From a bacterium (GTDB lineage Bacteria > Patescibacteriota > CG2-30-54-11): a stretch of DNA of 45,234 bases. Positions 1 to 9,241 of the stretch are shown here, piece by piece; within the stretch, counting starts at the first letter, position 1; each line of letters begins with the position of its first letter. Location of the stretch: contig JAKQHK010000077.1 of the NCBI GenBank assembly GCA_029573015.1, forward strand, positions 1 to 45,234. Reading direction: 5' to 3'. Both the position numbers and the translations under genes were made by a program. The notes beneath the pieces are model-generated. The model saw only the letters and a program-made list of their open reading frames with translations. It made no database searches and was not told the DNA's origin.

Positions 1-1
1 G

Positions 2-766
2 AGCATCACAGACAAACAGGAATTTTCCGATATACGCGCCGCAATCGATGAAAAATGTTATCAGGTGCAGGACTCTACCTGTACGATCAAGATCAGCTGT
101 CTGGCGTATGTGAATCACGACGATTTCCAGCTCACCTACAAGGATGACAGTGTCCTGGTTGAAAAAAATGACTATCTCCAAAGCCTGGAACAGATCCTGA
201 CCAATCAGGGAGGTGATTGCGAAGATTTCTCCAATCTCGTATATGCAGAACTGAATTACGCAGTCAACGCCTGCAAAGGTAACGGAGCACAGAACATCAG
301 CTACCAAGCATATACCGCGTCAGTCGGGTCAAAGCACACTATTTACTTTTCTGACAACCTCTACCTGCAGGATATGGCTGACTACAGTATACCTGCTAAC
401 TACACATCCTACTTCACTGTCTGCGGCAATCTCCCCTCTGGAGCGGAAACCGATCTCCCGACCGGTCATTGTCTCCTGGCTTTTTCGCCGGAACCTGTCA
501 ATAATTCCAACGATGTGCCGGCATTCCTGCAACCGGCTGTTCTGGTCGAACCGCAGACCGGGGAGCTGCAGCATGACCTGCGGTCTGACCTAAATATTGA
601 AATTCCGCGCTACAGCGAACCTAAAGGCAGCTACTACCTGTATCTGCTCATATCTGATTCAGACATATACCATTACAACTGGTACGAAGATGCCTACCAG
701 TGGTATGGCTATCATGACAGCCTCGATACCATTGCGAGCCTGAAAGACCGGCTGACGACTCTCTAG
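2..766 (+). CDS. Hypothetical protein, 5'-partial, with a transglutaminase-like / papain-fold cysteine-peptidase signature
   Basis: The frame of the 65..766 ORF stays open back to base 2, so the gene probably starts outside the window. GGDCEDFSNLVYAEL resembles the G-D-C-E-D-[FY]-A catalytic-Cys motif of transglutaminase-like/BTLCP peptidases. A candidate His lies at TGHCLLAF and an acidic residue in VLVEPQTGE. Confidence 0.5.
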   Translation, partial: SITDKQEFSDIRAAIDEKCYQVQDSTCTIKISCLAYVNHDDFQLTYKDDSVLVEKNDYLQSLEQILTNQGGDCEDFSNLVYAELNYAVNACKGNGAQNISYQAYTASVGSKHTIYFSDNLYLQDMADYSIPANYTSYFTVCGNLPSGAETDLPTGHCLLAFSPEPVNNSNDVPAFLQPAVLVEPQTGELQHDLRSDLNIEIPRYSEPKGSYYLYLLISDSDIYHYNWYEDAYQWYGYHDSLDTIASLKDRLTTL

Positions 767-809
767 ACACCGGCAGACAACCAAGCGTTGCGTACCGGAA
801 TGATCCCGG

Positions 810-1274
810 TCAATTTGCTTTCTTCCGGCGCAGCAGCTTGCGCAGCTCGTCTTCCAGCGAATCAAGATCTTCAAATTCTTTATAGACAGAGGCGTAGCGG
901 ATGTAGGTGACCTTATCCATGCTGCGTAGGCGCTTCATGACTGCCTGGCCGATCTGGCGGCTGCTCACTTCGGATGTCGACATACCGCGCAGTTCAGCTT
1001 CGACTTTGGCGACCAGATCATTGATCGCTTCAGCGGGGATGGGGCGCTTTTCTGCTGCCCGCTTGATACCGCGTTCCAGTTTTTCTCGGCTGTAGGGTTC
1101 GCGCCGACCGTCTTTTTTCTGCACAGCCAGGCTGCCCATCTCCACCCGCTCGAACGTGGTGAAACGGTATTTACACTTGGCGCATTTACGCCGGCGGCGG
1201 ATGGCCAGTTCGCCCTCGATATCCCGTGAATCCACAACCCGGGTATCAATATGACCGCAACTCGGACATTTCAT
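810..1274 (-). CDS. nrdR: Transcriptional repressor NrdR
   Basis: N-terminal zinc ribbon MKCPSCGH..TRVVDSRD..CxxC followed by an ATP-cone. It is 154 aa and lies immediately downstream of the RNR gene. Confidence 0.95.
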   Translation of the reverse strand: MKCPSCGHIDTRVVDSRDIEGELAIRRRRKCAKCKYRFTTFERVEMGSLAVQKKDGRREPYSREKLERGIKRAAEKRPIPAEAINDLVAKVEAELRGMSTSEVSSRQIGQAVMKRLRSMDKVTYIRYASVYKEFEDLDSLEDELRKLLRRKKAN

Positions 1275-1295
1275 GGTGCCTTCCTCCTACCAAAA

Positions 1296-1318
1296 CGCCT
1301 GCCCAAGAGCGGCAGGCG
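1296..1318 (-). terminator. Weak intrinsic terminator or attenuator hairpin between nrdJ and nrdR
   Basis: The minus-strand RNA reads CGCCUGCC-GCUCUUG-GGCAGGCG (8-bp GC stem) followed by UUUUG. It starts 36 nt after the nrdJ stop. The U-tract is short. Confidence 0.4.
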
Positions 1319-1353
1319 ATACGTACTAATGAATGTTCAGCTTGCCCATTATG

Positions 1354-3531
1354 CTAAATGGTACAAGTTACGCAGCCGCCCGCGAACTCAGAACCCACCG
1401 TAACCATGTTGGAGGTATCATCAAGCTCCTGAACCACCTCTGGTTCCTTTTTTGATTTATCTTCCTCACGGGATACGCGGTTGACTTTCTCGATGTTCAG
1501 TACCTGCTCCTCACGGCTCTGATCACGGTATACGGTTACACCTTTACATCCGAGATGCCAGGCGAGCATATATACTTTTTCGATATCCTCTGTTGTGGCA
1601 TCATGGGAAAAATTGACGGTTTTGGAGACGGCATTATCGACATGCTTCTGAAACACTGCCTGCATGCGGATGTGCCATTCCGGGCTGACTTCGTGGGCAG
1701 TAACATAGATATCCCTGATTGCTTTCGGAACTTCATCGATATTCTGGACATGCCCCTGTTTGGCGATCCGGCGCATAAGCGATTCGCTGTAGAAACCTGA
1801 TTCCTTGGCTTCCTCCTCGAACAGAGCGTTGACTTCGAGCAGTTCTGTACTTTCCATGACATTGCGAATGAATGAGACGGCAAAAAGCGGCTCTACGCCG
1901 GATGAACAGCCAGCAATAACGCTGATCGTACCGGTAGGAGCGATGGTCAGCAGGGTTGCATTGCGCAGCTTGAGATTTTTGCTTTTATAAATGCTCTTCT
2001 CCCAGTTGGGGAATGTCCCGCGCTTCACAGCAAGAGCCGTAGATGCGGCTATAGCTTTGTCACGGATGAAACTGATGACTTTGTCAGCCAGACGGATAGC
2101 TTCGTCACTATTGTAGGGAATGTTGAGCAGGATGAGCATATCCGCCCAACCCATGACGCCCAGACCGATCTTGCGGTTGCTGTGCACCAGTTCACTGATT
2201 TTCTCAAGCGGGAATTTGCTCTCGTCGATGACATTATCAAGAAAATGCACACTGGTATACACGGTTTTTTCCAGTTTATCCCAGTCAATCTCCACTGATC
2301 CATTACCGGTGCTGACCATGCGCCCGAGATTAATGGAGCCGAGATTGCAGGACTCATACGGCAGCAGCGGCTGCTCTCCGCAGGGATTGGTGCTTTCAAT
2401 TTCTCCGATGGCCGGGGTGGGATTGTCCTTGTTAAGTCGATCGAGAAAAATAATACCCGGTTCGCCGTTTTTCCAGGCCATGGTCACGATCATGTCAAAA
2501 ATTTTCCGGGCATTGAGCTTGCGGGAAACTTCCTTGGTACGCGGGTTGATCAGTTCGTATTCCTCGTCCTTCTCAACTGCATCCATGAATTTCTCTGTGA
2601 TACCCACAGAAATATTAAAATTGTTCAGGGCATCGTTCTTTTCCTTGGCAACAATGAAATCAAGAATATCCGGATGATCAACCCGCAGAATGCCCATGTT
2701 GGCTCCGCGCCGGCGACCGCCCTGTTTGATCACCTCGGTGGCCATATCAAACACACGCATGAAGGATATCGGGCCGGACGCAATACCGCCGGTTGATTTG
2801 ACGATATCATCATGCGGGCGCAAGCGTGAAAAACTGAAGCCGGTACCGCCACCCGTCTGATGGATTAGGGCCGTGTTCTTGAGGGAATCAAATATTTTCT
2901 CCATAGAGTCTTCCACAGGCAGCACAAAGCAGGCAGACAACTGCCCCATTTCCGTACCGGCGTTCATGAGGGTAGGAGAATTGGGCATGAATTCCAGATT
3001 GGTCATCATTTCGAGGAATTCCTCCTCGGTCTTTTTGATGTCAGCTTTGGGGTCGTGTTTGAGGTCAGCCTTAGCAATAGCTTTTGCTACCCGTTCGAAC
3101 ATCTGCTTGGGAGTCTCAATGACTTTCCCGGTTTTGTCCTTGAGCAGATAGCGGCGCTCGAGCACCTTGGTGGCATTCAGGGTCAATTTCAGTTCGTCCT
3201 CGGCTCCGTCCAATATACGTGCCTTGGCTTCCCTGAGTTCTTTGCGCTCCTCACGATAGAGGATATAGGCTTTGGCGATCTTGACCTGACCGAGGATGAT
3301 GAGCGCTTCCTCGACAATATCCTGAACCTGTTCGACAGTCGGAATGGTATGACCGTTAAAACGTTTCTCCAGGATGAGAACCACCCGATCCGTGATGTCG
3401 GCAGAAAGTTTCTCGTCCTTGATACCCACTTCACGGGCTGCTTTATAGATAGCATTACTGATTTTTTCCGGGTCAAATTCAACAACGCGACCATCACGTT
3501 TTTTGATCTGTTTGGGTGTCAGGGATGACAT
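1354..3531 (-). CDS. nrdJ: Adenosylcobalamin-dependent (class II) ribonucleotide reductase with N-terminal ATP-cone
   Basis: ATP-cone at the N-terminus (RDGRVVEFDPEKISNAI). The TNPCGEQPLLPYESCNLGSINL block is typical of class II RNR. C-terminal Cys pair in GGCVTCTI. 725 aa. Confidence 0.93.
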   Translation of the reverse strand: MSSLTPKQIKKRDGRVVEFDPEKISNAIYKAAREVGIKDEKLSADITDRVVLILEKRFNGHTIPTVEQVQDIVEEALIILGQVKIAKAYILYREERKELREAKARILDGAEDELKLTLNATKVLERRYLLKDKTGKVIETPKQMFERVAKAIAKADLKHDPKADIKKTEEEFLEMMTNLEFMPNSPTLMNAGTEMGQLSACFVLPVEDSMEKIFDSLKNTALIHQTGGGTGFSFSRLRPHDDIVKSTGGIASGPISFMRVFDMATEVIKQGGRRRGANMGILRVDHPDILDFIVAKEKNDALNNFNISVGITEKFMDAVEKDEEYELINPRTKEVSRKLNARKIFDMIVTMAWKNGEPGIIFLDRLNKDNPTPAIGEIESTNPCGEQPLLPYESCNLGSINLGRMVSTGNGSVEIDWDKLEKTVYTSVHFLDNVIDESKFPLEKISELVHSNRKIGLGVMGWADMLILLNIPYNSDEAIRLADKVISFIRDKAIAASTALAVKRGTFPNWEKSIYKSKNLKLRNATLLTIAPTGTISVIAGCSSGVEPLFAVSFIRNVMESTELLEVNALFEEEAKESGFYSESLMRRIAKQGHVQNIDEVPKAIRDIYVTAHEVSPEWHIRMQAVFQKHVDNAVSKTVNFSHDATTEDIEKVYMLAWHLGCKGVTVYRDQSREEQVLNIEKVNRVSREEDKSKKEPEVVQELDDTSNMVTVGSEFAGGCVTCTI

Positions 3532-3590
3532 ACATTTCCTTTCTCTGGAGCCGTTTTCACAAAAAATGACCCTCTTTTCAGGCCACTCTT

Positions 3591-3606
3591 ACCACAATAT
3601 GTTGTA
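3591..3606 (-). promoter_or_regulatory. NrdR box (promoter-proximal, downstream of the -10 element)
   Basis: ACCACAATATGTTGTA is a near-palindromic 16-mer of the ACACnAnATATnTnGTGT type described for NrdR operators. It matches the reverse complement of the second box at 13 of 16 positions. Confidence 0.6.
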
Positions 3607-3617
3607 TCGACGCGGGT

Positions 3618-3645
3618 ATTCTAACACAACAACTTGTGGTGTCAA
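3618..3645 (-). promoter_or_regulatory. Sigma-70-type promoter of nrdJ-nrdR
   Basis: The minus strand reads TTGACA (3645..3640), a 16-nt spacer, then TAGAAT (3623..3618) preceded by TGT (extended -10). It lies about 85 nt upstream of the nrdJ ATG. Confidence 0.55.
3625..3640 (-). promoter_or_regulatory. NrdR box overlapping the promoter spacer
   Basis: The minus strand reads ACCACAAGTTGTTGTG and occupies the -35/-10 spacer. It is separated by 18 nt from the first box, roughly three helical turns centre to centre. Confidence 0.6.
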
Positions 3646-3683
3646 GGAGTTTAATCTCATACCGTTTATGTCACAGGGATAAC

Positions 3684-5390
3684 CTAGATTTTATATAGGA
3701 AAAAGCTCTCCCTGCGATCGATCAGATTGTCCTCATTCCTGAGAAATGACCATTCCGGCTTCTTCAGATCAAAAGAATCAATCAGATAGTATGCCCCAGC
3801 CGGAAGGTCTCGATACTCTGCTTCGGTGGTTACCTCCTCACAGTCCGTGCCGTGATAGCGAAGCTGATCAATAGACCAGTAGTACGTGCAATAGAGATGG
3901 TTGATCCCATACTGATCAAGCACATTCCGGATCTCCCGGGCATTTTGTCCCCAGTCAAGGTTGGAATCATTAAGCACCAGCCATTTCTGATCAGCAGGAA
4001 TCATTTCATTGAAATACGCGATATACATCGGGTAGCTGCGGGCAAGCGTCCATGCCTGCCAAACAGCAAAACCAGCAAAGCCAGCCAGCACCAGTACCCG
4101 TCTGCCACCTGTCACCGCAGTTATGCGTCTCAGCAAAACAGCTGCTGCCGCTCCCAGCAGCAGATAGAGAAAGGGATAAACAGGAAAAATATGCCGGTGA
4201 CCGATATTCATCGTTCCGAGTATGGACACGAACATAAAAAAAACAGGTGCCAGGAGCAGCATGGCATAGTTCCAGGAGATCCGTGACCGTCTCTTAAGCC
4301 AGAAACAGCATGCGGTTGCACCAGCCAAAAGCACCGGTATGGTTGTTTTAACGATAAAAGCCACCGGGAAATAGTACCACCAGCCTCCCTGTTTCGTCTG
4401 CCCGAATAGAAACGCTTCGCGCTTGATATACATGTCACGAAGCAGTAACCAGAGACCTTTAAAAAAGTGAGCTGGCATGAGGAACGGCTGCAAAGGCACC
4501 AGCTCAACCAGCCAGTACGCCTCACCTGCATGCCCCGTCTCGATAACTGTCCGATCCGGAGTAAAAGGCAGACCGTATGCTGCCCAGACCATCAGGAATG
4601 TCATACCAGCCAGTCCCAGACACCAGAAAGCGAGCTGACCAAGGCTGCGGAAAAATTGTTGACCTGCCAGACGGTCATACACCCTGAAACGAACCACTGC
4701 CATGACGATAAGAAGCGGACCGAGGGCAACCGCTGAAAATTTACCCAAAACGGCAAAACCAAGCGCCACTCCTGAGGCAAGAAACCATCCACGCGTTTTT
4801 CGCTCGAGAAACCTGCCCCAGCTGAACACAGTCAGCAGGTAGCCAAACGCAACCCCGACATCTGTGTTGATCAGATGGCCATGTGCCAGCAGATTCGGGT
4901 CAGAAAACAGTAACATTAATGCGATAAAACCGGCTATCTTGCCGAACAGCTGCCTCCCGATACCATACAGGCTGAGACCATAGAGAACACTCAGTCCGAT
5001 CATCATGAGCCGTGCGGAGTAAACCATGAGTTCCGGCTGATTGCCCGGCAGATAGAGCCAGCGGTCCGCATACGCCATGCTTTCCCGGCGGGCGTCATAA
5101 TAGTAATTATCAGTTGTCTGCAACAGATTTTCCAGCTCGTCGTCAAAGGCAATATTCTGGACGAGCAAGGGCAGTGCAGCGACCGCTTTGATCAAAACCG
5201 GATGTTCCGGATCAACGGTATAGTCACCGCGCGTCAGAACTAGATAGCCGCTGAGCAGATGCACCGGCTCATCAGATGTCGTACTGTCACTCCAGGCGAG
5301 CTGCAGCTGCACCCCAAGATATATGATGCAAGCCAGTCCGACGAGGATGATTTCTAGCAATACTGATGGGCGCTGTCTGTGTGCTGCCAT
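3684..5390 (-). CDS. GT-C fold glycosyltransferase, family 39 / ArnT-like (PMT_2) multi-pass membrane protein
   Basis: Many hydrophobic helices, with a DEPVH motif in the first extracytoplasmic loop as in ArnT/PMT-type enzymes. I start at ATG 5390 (MAAHRQ..), which removes the overlap with miaA that the longest ORF (to 5465) would create. Confidence 0.7.
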   Translation of the reverse strand: MAAHRQRPSVLLEIILVGLACIIYLGVQLQLAWSDSTTSDEPVHLLSGYLVLTRGDYTVDPEHPVLIKAVAALPLLVQNIAFDDELENLLQTTDNYYYDARRESMAYADRWLYLPGNQPELMVYSARLMMIGLSVLYGLSLYGIGRQLFGKIAGFIALMLLFSDPNLLAHGHLINTDVGVAFGYLLTVFSWGRFLERKTRGWFLASGVALGFAVLGKFSAVALGPLLIVMAVVRFRVYDRLAGQQFFRSLGQLAFWCLGLAGMTFLMVWAAYGLPFTPDRTVIETGHAGEAYWLVELVPLQPFLMPAHFFKGLWLLLRDMYIKREAFLFGQTKQGGWWYYFPVAFIVKTTIPVLLAGATACCFWLKRRSRISWNYAMLLLAPVFFMFVSILGTMNIGHRHIFPVYPFLYLLLGAAAAVLLRRITAVTGGRRVLVLAGFAGFAVWQAWTLARSYPMYIAYFNEMIPADQKWLVLNDSNLDWGQNAREIRNVLDQYGINHLYCTYYWSIDQLRYHGTDCEEVTTEAEYRDLPAGAYYLIDSFDLKKPEWSFLRNEDNLIDRRESFFLYKI

Positions 5391-5394
5391 GCGT

Positions 5395-6336
5395 TCAGGA
5401 CCCTCCCAGCCAGCGTAAGATATTCGCGACCACCTGGTCAGGCGGAAGCCAGAAGATCCGTTCATCCCTGCGGAACCAGGTCAGCTGCCGCTTGGCATAA
5501 TGGCGGGTATCCCGCTTAATCATACTAATTGCTTCTGGAAGCGATATCTCCCCTCGCAGATACGTGCGGCATTGTTTGTACCCAATGCCGCTCAAGGCTG
5601 GCAGATCCCAGCTGTATTTTTCAGCTAAACGCGTTACCTCGATGAGCAAGCCGTTAGCTATCATGGCATCGACCCGCTCGTCGATTCGCCGATACAGCTC
5701 CTCACGGGGAACTTCTACCCCGATCTGGAGAATATCCCAGGATGAACCTGCGGCCTGCCGCTGTTGCGAAACAGGCTGACCGGTCAGCAGACAGATCTCC
5801 AGAGCCCGTACTACCCGCCGCTTATTGCGAAGATCGATCCGCGTCAAAGCTGCCGGATCGCTCCTGCCCAGCAGCTGAACGAGTTCTGTCAGCGGTTTTA
5901 CTTCCAGCTTCTGGCGAAGCGCCTGATCATATCCGCCCGGCGGCATAACGTATCCATCAACAAGCGCCTTGATGTAGAGGCCAGTACCTCCGGCAACGAT
6001 CGGCACGATTCCCCGCTCATGCAGGTGCGAGATGATTGCGGCTGCCTGCTTCTGAAAATCAGCCGCTGAAAACGACTCATCCGGATCCAGACAATCAAGC
6101 AGATAATGCGGCACACCTTCAACCAGAACGAACTGGTCAAGAGATACGTTATCCCCATGTGGAGTTACCGCTGGCTTGGCCGTACCGATATCCATACCCC
6201 GATACAGCGTCCGGGAATCAGCGCAGATGACTTCACTGTGCATCAGACGGGCAGCCTCCAGCGCGAGAGTGCTTTTCCCGCTGGCAGTCGGTCCGCAGAT
6301 GATCACCAGACGTGATTCTTTTGGTTTCCCTGTCAC
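5395..6336 (-). CDS. miaA: tRNA dimethylallyltransferase
   Basis: P-loop ICGPTASGKS, then DSRTLYRGMDIGTAKP and the YAKRQLTWFR C-terminal block. GTG start. 313 aa. Confidence 0.93.
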   Translation of the reverse strand: MTGKPKESRLVIICGPTASGKSTLALEAARLMHSEVICADSRTLYRGMDIGTAKPAVTPHGDNVSLDQFVLVEGVPHYLLDCLDPDESFSAADFQKQAAAIISHLHERGIVPIVAGGTGLYIKALVDGYVMPPGGYDQALRQKLEVKPLTELVQLLGRSDPAALTRIDLRNKRRVVRALEICLLTGQPVSQQRQAAGSSWDILQIGVEVPREELYRRIDERVDAMIANGLLIEVTRLAEKYSWDLPALSGIGYKQCRTYLRGEISLPEAISMIKRDTRHYAKRQLTWFRRDERIFWLPPDQVVANILRWLGGS

Positions 6337-6466
6337 CTCTACCTCTTCTGACCATGATAGCTCAACTGTGAAAAAAACGCCTCGGACTGTCTGATTATCC
6401 TGAAAAAAATGGGCAGTGGATCACAGACAACCAAAAGCATCTCTATCTTAACCTCCCCCCGGGCAT

Positions 6467-6625
6467 TTATGCATCCGGTGCCTGAGGATCCGCATCAGAA
6501 CGCGTCGCATGTTTGGCAAACAGGAACGCAATAATGCCGAGGATGACGATAGAAAAACAGGTCGCGCAGACGCTCCATACTACTTTCAGCTCCTCAGAAA
6601 CGCGCTCAGAAGCCATATTTGCCAT
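6467..6625 (-). CDS. Small single-pass membrane protein (52 aa), below the ORF-track cutoff
   Basis: The minus strand has GGAGG 7 nt upstream of the ATG. It translates as MANMASERVSEELKVVWSVCATCFSIVILGIIAFLFAKHATRSDADPQAPDA with one clear TM helix, and starts 18 nt after the upstream gene's stop. Confidence 0.4.
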   Translation of the reverse strand: MANMASERVSEELKVVWSVCATCFSIVILGIIAFLFAKHATRSDADPQAPDA

Positions 6626-6643
6626 CCTTGCCTCCTCTGATGA

Positions 6644-7006
6644 TTATCCAGCCCGGACGCCATCTGGCACTTGTGCTTCCGGGACTGCCAGCACGGGCGT
6701 AATCCCATCAGCATACCCGATATCAAAAAGCATACCTTCAGACAGCTCACCCCTGATCCGCCGCGGTTCAAGATTAACGATGAACAGGGCTTGCCTACCT
6801 TCGATTTCCCCCGGGTTCTCCCGTTCCTTTTTCATGCCCACGACAATGGAACGGATATGATCCCCGAAATTGACACGCAAACGCACCAATTTCTCCGAAT
6901 CCGCAATATCTTCTACTTTTTCAATACGACCGACACGAGCATCTATCTGTTCGACGACAGAAAAAGGGATTAATGGCTTGATCGGAGCCGGCTGATACGC
7001 ACTCAT
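6644..7006 (-). CDS. Stand-alone tRNA-binding (EMAP/CsaA-like OB-fold) protein
   Basis: IDARVGRIEKVEDIADSEKLVRLRVNFGD...IVNLEPRRIRGELSEGMLFD matches the tRNA_bind domain found in CsaA, YgjH and the N-terminus of PheT. Confidence 0.8.
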   Translation of the reverse strand: MSAYQPAPIKPLIPFSVVEQIDARVGRIEKVEDIADSEKLVRLRVNFGDHIRSIVVGMKKERENPGEIEGRQALFIVNLEPRRIRGELSEGMLFDIGYADGITPVLAVPEAQVPDGVRAG

Positions 7007-7054
7007 AGTGCTATCTCGCTCAATAATGAATTAGCATCGCTCTATGCACAAAAA

Positions 7055-7258
7055 TTATCCTTCGCTGTCCCGCCTGCGGCTCAGAATCATCCCGGTCATC
7101 ATGCATATGATACCGAGTATGGTCCCTGCCCATTGCTTGTACCCGAAACCGGTCCCCCATGGCTGTCCGATTCCTGTGTAATCCGCGCTCGCTGATACAA
7201 CCGTGATAATGACACCCAGGATGATGATACCGGTACGGATAAGTGGATTTTCTGCCAT
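7055..7258 (-). CDS. Small two-helix membrane protein
   Basis: 67 aa with two hydrophobic helices (IIILGVIITVVSA, GTILGIICMMTGMIL). Tightly packed, 18 nt downstream of corA. Confidence 0.55.
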   Translation of the reverse strand: MAENPLIRTGIIILGVIITVVSASADYTGIGQPWGTGFGYKQWAGTILGIICMMTGMILSRRRDSEG

Positions 7259-7276
7259 AGCGCCCTCCTCTACTGG

Positions 7277-8194
7277 CTAAATCCATTTTTTCCATTTAAA
7301 AAAACAAAGGGAAAGACTGCTAACAATCAGCATGAAACCCAGCATGCCCCAAAAACCGAACGGATTTCCTGCCAGTGGCAACCATACCATATTCATACCC
7401 CAGAGGCCGGTTATGACGCTAAGGGGCAGCATAAGCGCAGAAAATATGGTTAAAAACTTTATGGTCTCGTTGGTCCGGTGGGTGAGCAGGCTGTCGTTGG
7501 TCGTGGATAGACCTTCGACGGTCTCGAGTTGATGCTGCAGGGTTAACCAGATTTTCTCGATATGATCGAGGATGTCATCGAAAAAAATATCAAGATCTTC
7601 AGGAAATATACCGTAACTACTGTGTTCAAAGCTGGCGATGAGATCGCGTTCCGGGCCGATGATTTTCCGAAAATTAATAATATTCCGACGCAGGACCGGA
7701 ATTTCCTGGACGGTCTGTTCGGATGGCTTGCTGAACACCTCTTCTTCTAATTTTTCCAGACTGGCAGATACCGCATCCAGAACAGGGAATGCGGCATCCA
7801 TGCATCGGTCGATAATCAGATAAAAAAGATGGACTGCCCCGGCATCAAGCAATTTGGAACGGTTTTCCCGCAGATGGCATTCTCCGATGAGCTGCTCCAG
7901 TGATGCATTGCTCTCCGTATGGATGGAGACAAGGAAGCGTTTACTCAGAAACAGGCTGATCTGCCTCGTATAGATCCGCTGGGTATCTTCGCAGTATTCG
8001 GGAAAATGCAAGATAACAAATACATGGTCCGGATATTCGTCGAGCTTGGGGCGCTGGTTATAGCTGATGCAATCATTGATCGTCAATTCGTGAAAACCGA
8101 ACCGTTCTCCGATGGCTGCCAGTTCCTGATGCGTGGGTGCCTCGACATCGATCCAGGTAAGCTGTCGAGATTCAATCACTGTTTGTATGGACAT
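7277..8194 (-). CDS. corA: Magnesium/cobalt transporter CorA
   Basis: Soluble N-domain plus two C-terminal TM helices carrying the GMN signature (LWGMNMVWLP). Confidence 0.9.
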   Translation of the reverse strand: MSIQTVIESRQLTWIDVEAPTHQELAAIGERFGFHELTINDCISYNQRPKLDEYPDHVFVILHFPEYCEDTQRIYTRQISLFLSKRFLVSIHTESNASLEQLIGECHLRENRSKLLDAGAVHLFYLIIDRCMDAAFPVLDAVSASLEKLEEEVFSKPSEQTVQEIPVLRRNIINFRKIIGPERDLIASFEHSSYGIFPEDLDIFFDDILDHIEKIWLTLQHQLETVEGLSTTNDSLLTHRTNETIKFLTIFSALMLPLSVITGLWGMNMVWLPLAGNPFGFWGMLGFMLIVSSLSLCFFKWKKWI

Positions 8195-8227
8195 GGTTGT
8201 ACCTTTTGTGCGCCGATACTGCTCTTT

Positions 8228-9241
8228 TTACAACTGATTCAAAAAGCGGATATCATTTTCAAACATCATGCGCAAATCATTGATCCCGTAGCGCATCATG
8301 GCGATGCGGTCGATGCCGAAACCAAAGGCAAATCCGGATACTCGTTCCGGATCATATTCGACATTGCGGAGCACCTGGGGATGCACCATCCCTGCCCCGG
8401 CCATTTCCAGCCAGCCGGTCTGCTTGCAGGTGCGGCAGCCCGTACCACCGCAAATACTGCAGGACACGTCGACCTCGAGGCTCGGCTCGGTAAACGGGAA
8501 AAAATGCGGCCGGAATCGCAGTTCTGTGCTCTCGCCAAGCAGGCATTTCAACGCATAAATACATGTCCCCTTCAGATCGGCGATGGTGATATGTTCGTCA
8601 ACGACCAGCCCTTCAAACTGGTGAAACATGGGAGTGTGGGTCATGTCATAATCACGCCGGTACACGCGTCCTGGAGCGATGATGCGTATGGGAGGGGTAT
8701 GGGTTTTCATGTAGCGGATCTGCACCGGGGAGGTCTGCGTGCGCAGAAGTACATCCGTATTCAGATAAAAGGTGTCCTGGGTATCACGCGCCGGATGATC
8801 CTTGGGCGTATTCAGCAGGGTAAAATTATATTCATCCCATTCCACTTCCGGACCGGACGCCACCTCAAAACCAATACGGGCGAAAATGTCCTCGATGAGA
8901 TTCCAGACATAGGTAATCGGATGCAGATGCCCGAGCGGGCTCGGAGCTGCCGGCAGGGTTATGTCAGTCTCTTCAGCCTGCAGATCCGCAAAAACAACCT
9001 GTAATAGTTCGGTTTTCCGGGCGTCAAGCACATCCTGAAGGTGCGTCTTAATCTGATTGGCAAGCGCGCCGATCACAGCCCGTTCCTCGCTCGCAAGCGT
9101 ACCCAGCGAACGCAAGATTGCTGTAAGTTGTCCTTTTCTCCCCAAATATTCAACGCGTAATTCCTCAAGCCGTGCTTCTGTCTTCGCATCGTTAATGCTC
9201 TGCAGTGCCTCTGCCCTCATTTTTTCCAATTGGTCATGCAT
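8228..9241 (-). CDS. pheS: Phenylalanine--tRNA ligase alpha subunit
   Basis: Class II aaRS motifs (HPARDTQDTFY, FRPHFFPFTEPSLEVD, GAGMVHPQVL). ATG 9241 has GAGG 7 nt upstream. The longest ORF begins at GTG 9253. Confidence 0.93.
   Translation of the reverse strand: MHDQLEKMRAEALQSINDAKTEARLEELRVEYLGRKGQLTAILRSLGTLASEERAVIGALANQIKTHLQDVLDARKTELLQVVFADLQAEETDITLPAAPSPLGHLHPITYVWNLIEDIFARIGFEVASGPEVEWDEYNFTLLNTPKDHPARDTQDTFYLNTDVLLRTQTSPVQIRYMKTHTPPIRIIAPGRVYRRDYDMTHTPMFHQFEGLVVDEHITIADLKGTCIYALKCLLGESTELRFRPHFFPFTEPSLEVDVSCSICGGTGCRTCKQTGWLEMAGAGMVHPQVLRNVEYDPERVSGFAFGFGIDRIAMMRYGINDLRMMFENDIRFLNQL

Noticed and set aside
1354-3531. An intein or intron in the class II RNR
   Set aside because: At 725 aa the protein is of normal length. 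The conserved blocks are contiguous, with no extra insertion around the TNPCGEQ active-site region.
7919-9004. 361-aa plus-strand ORF
   Set aside because: It lies entirely antisense to the confidently identified pheS and has no recognisable motifs and low-complexity composition. It is a typical shadow ORF of a codon-biased gene.
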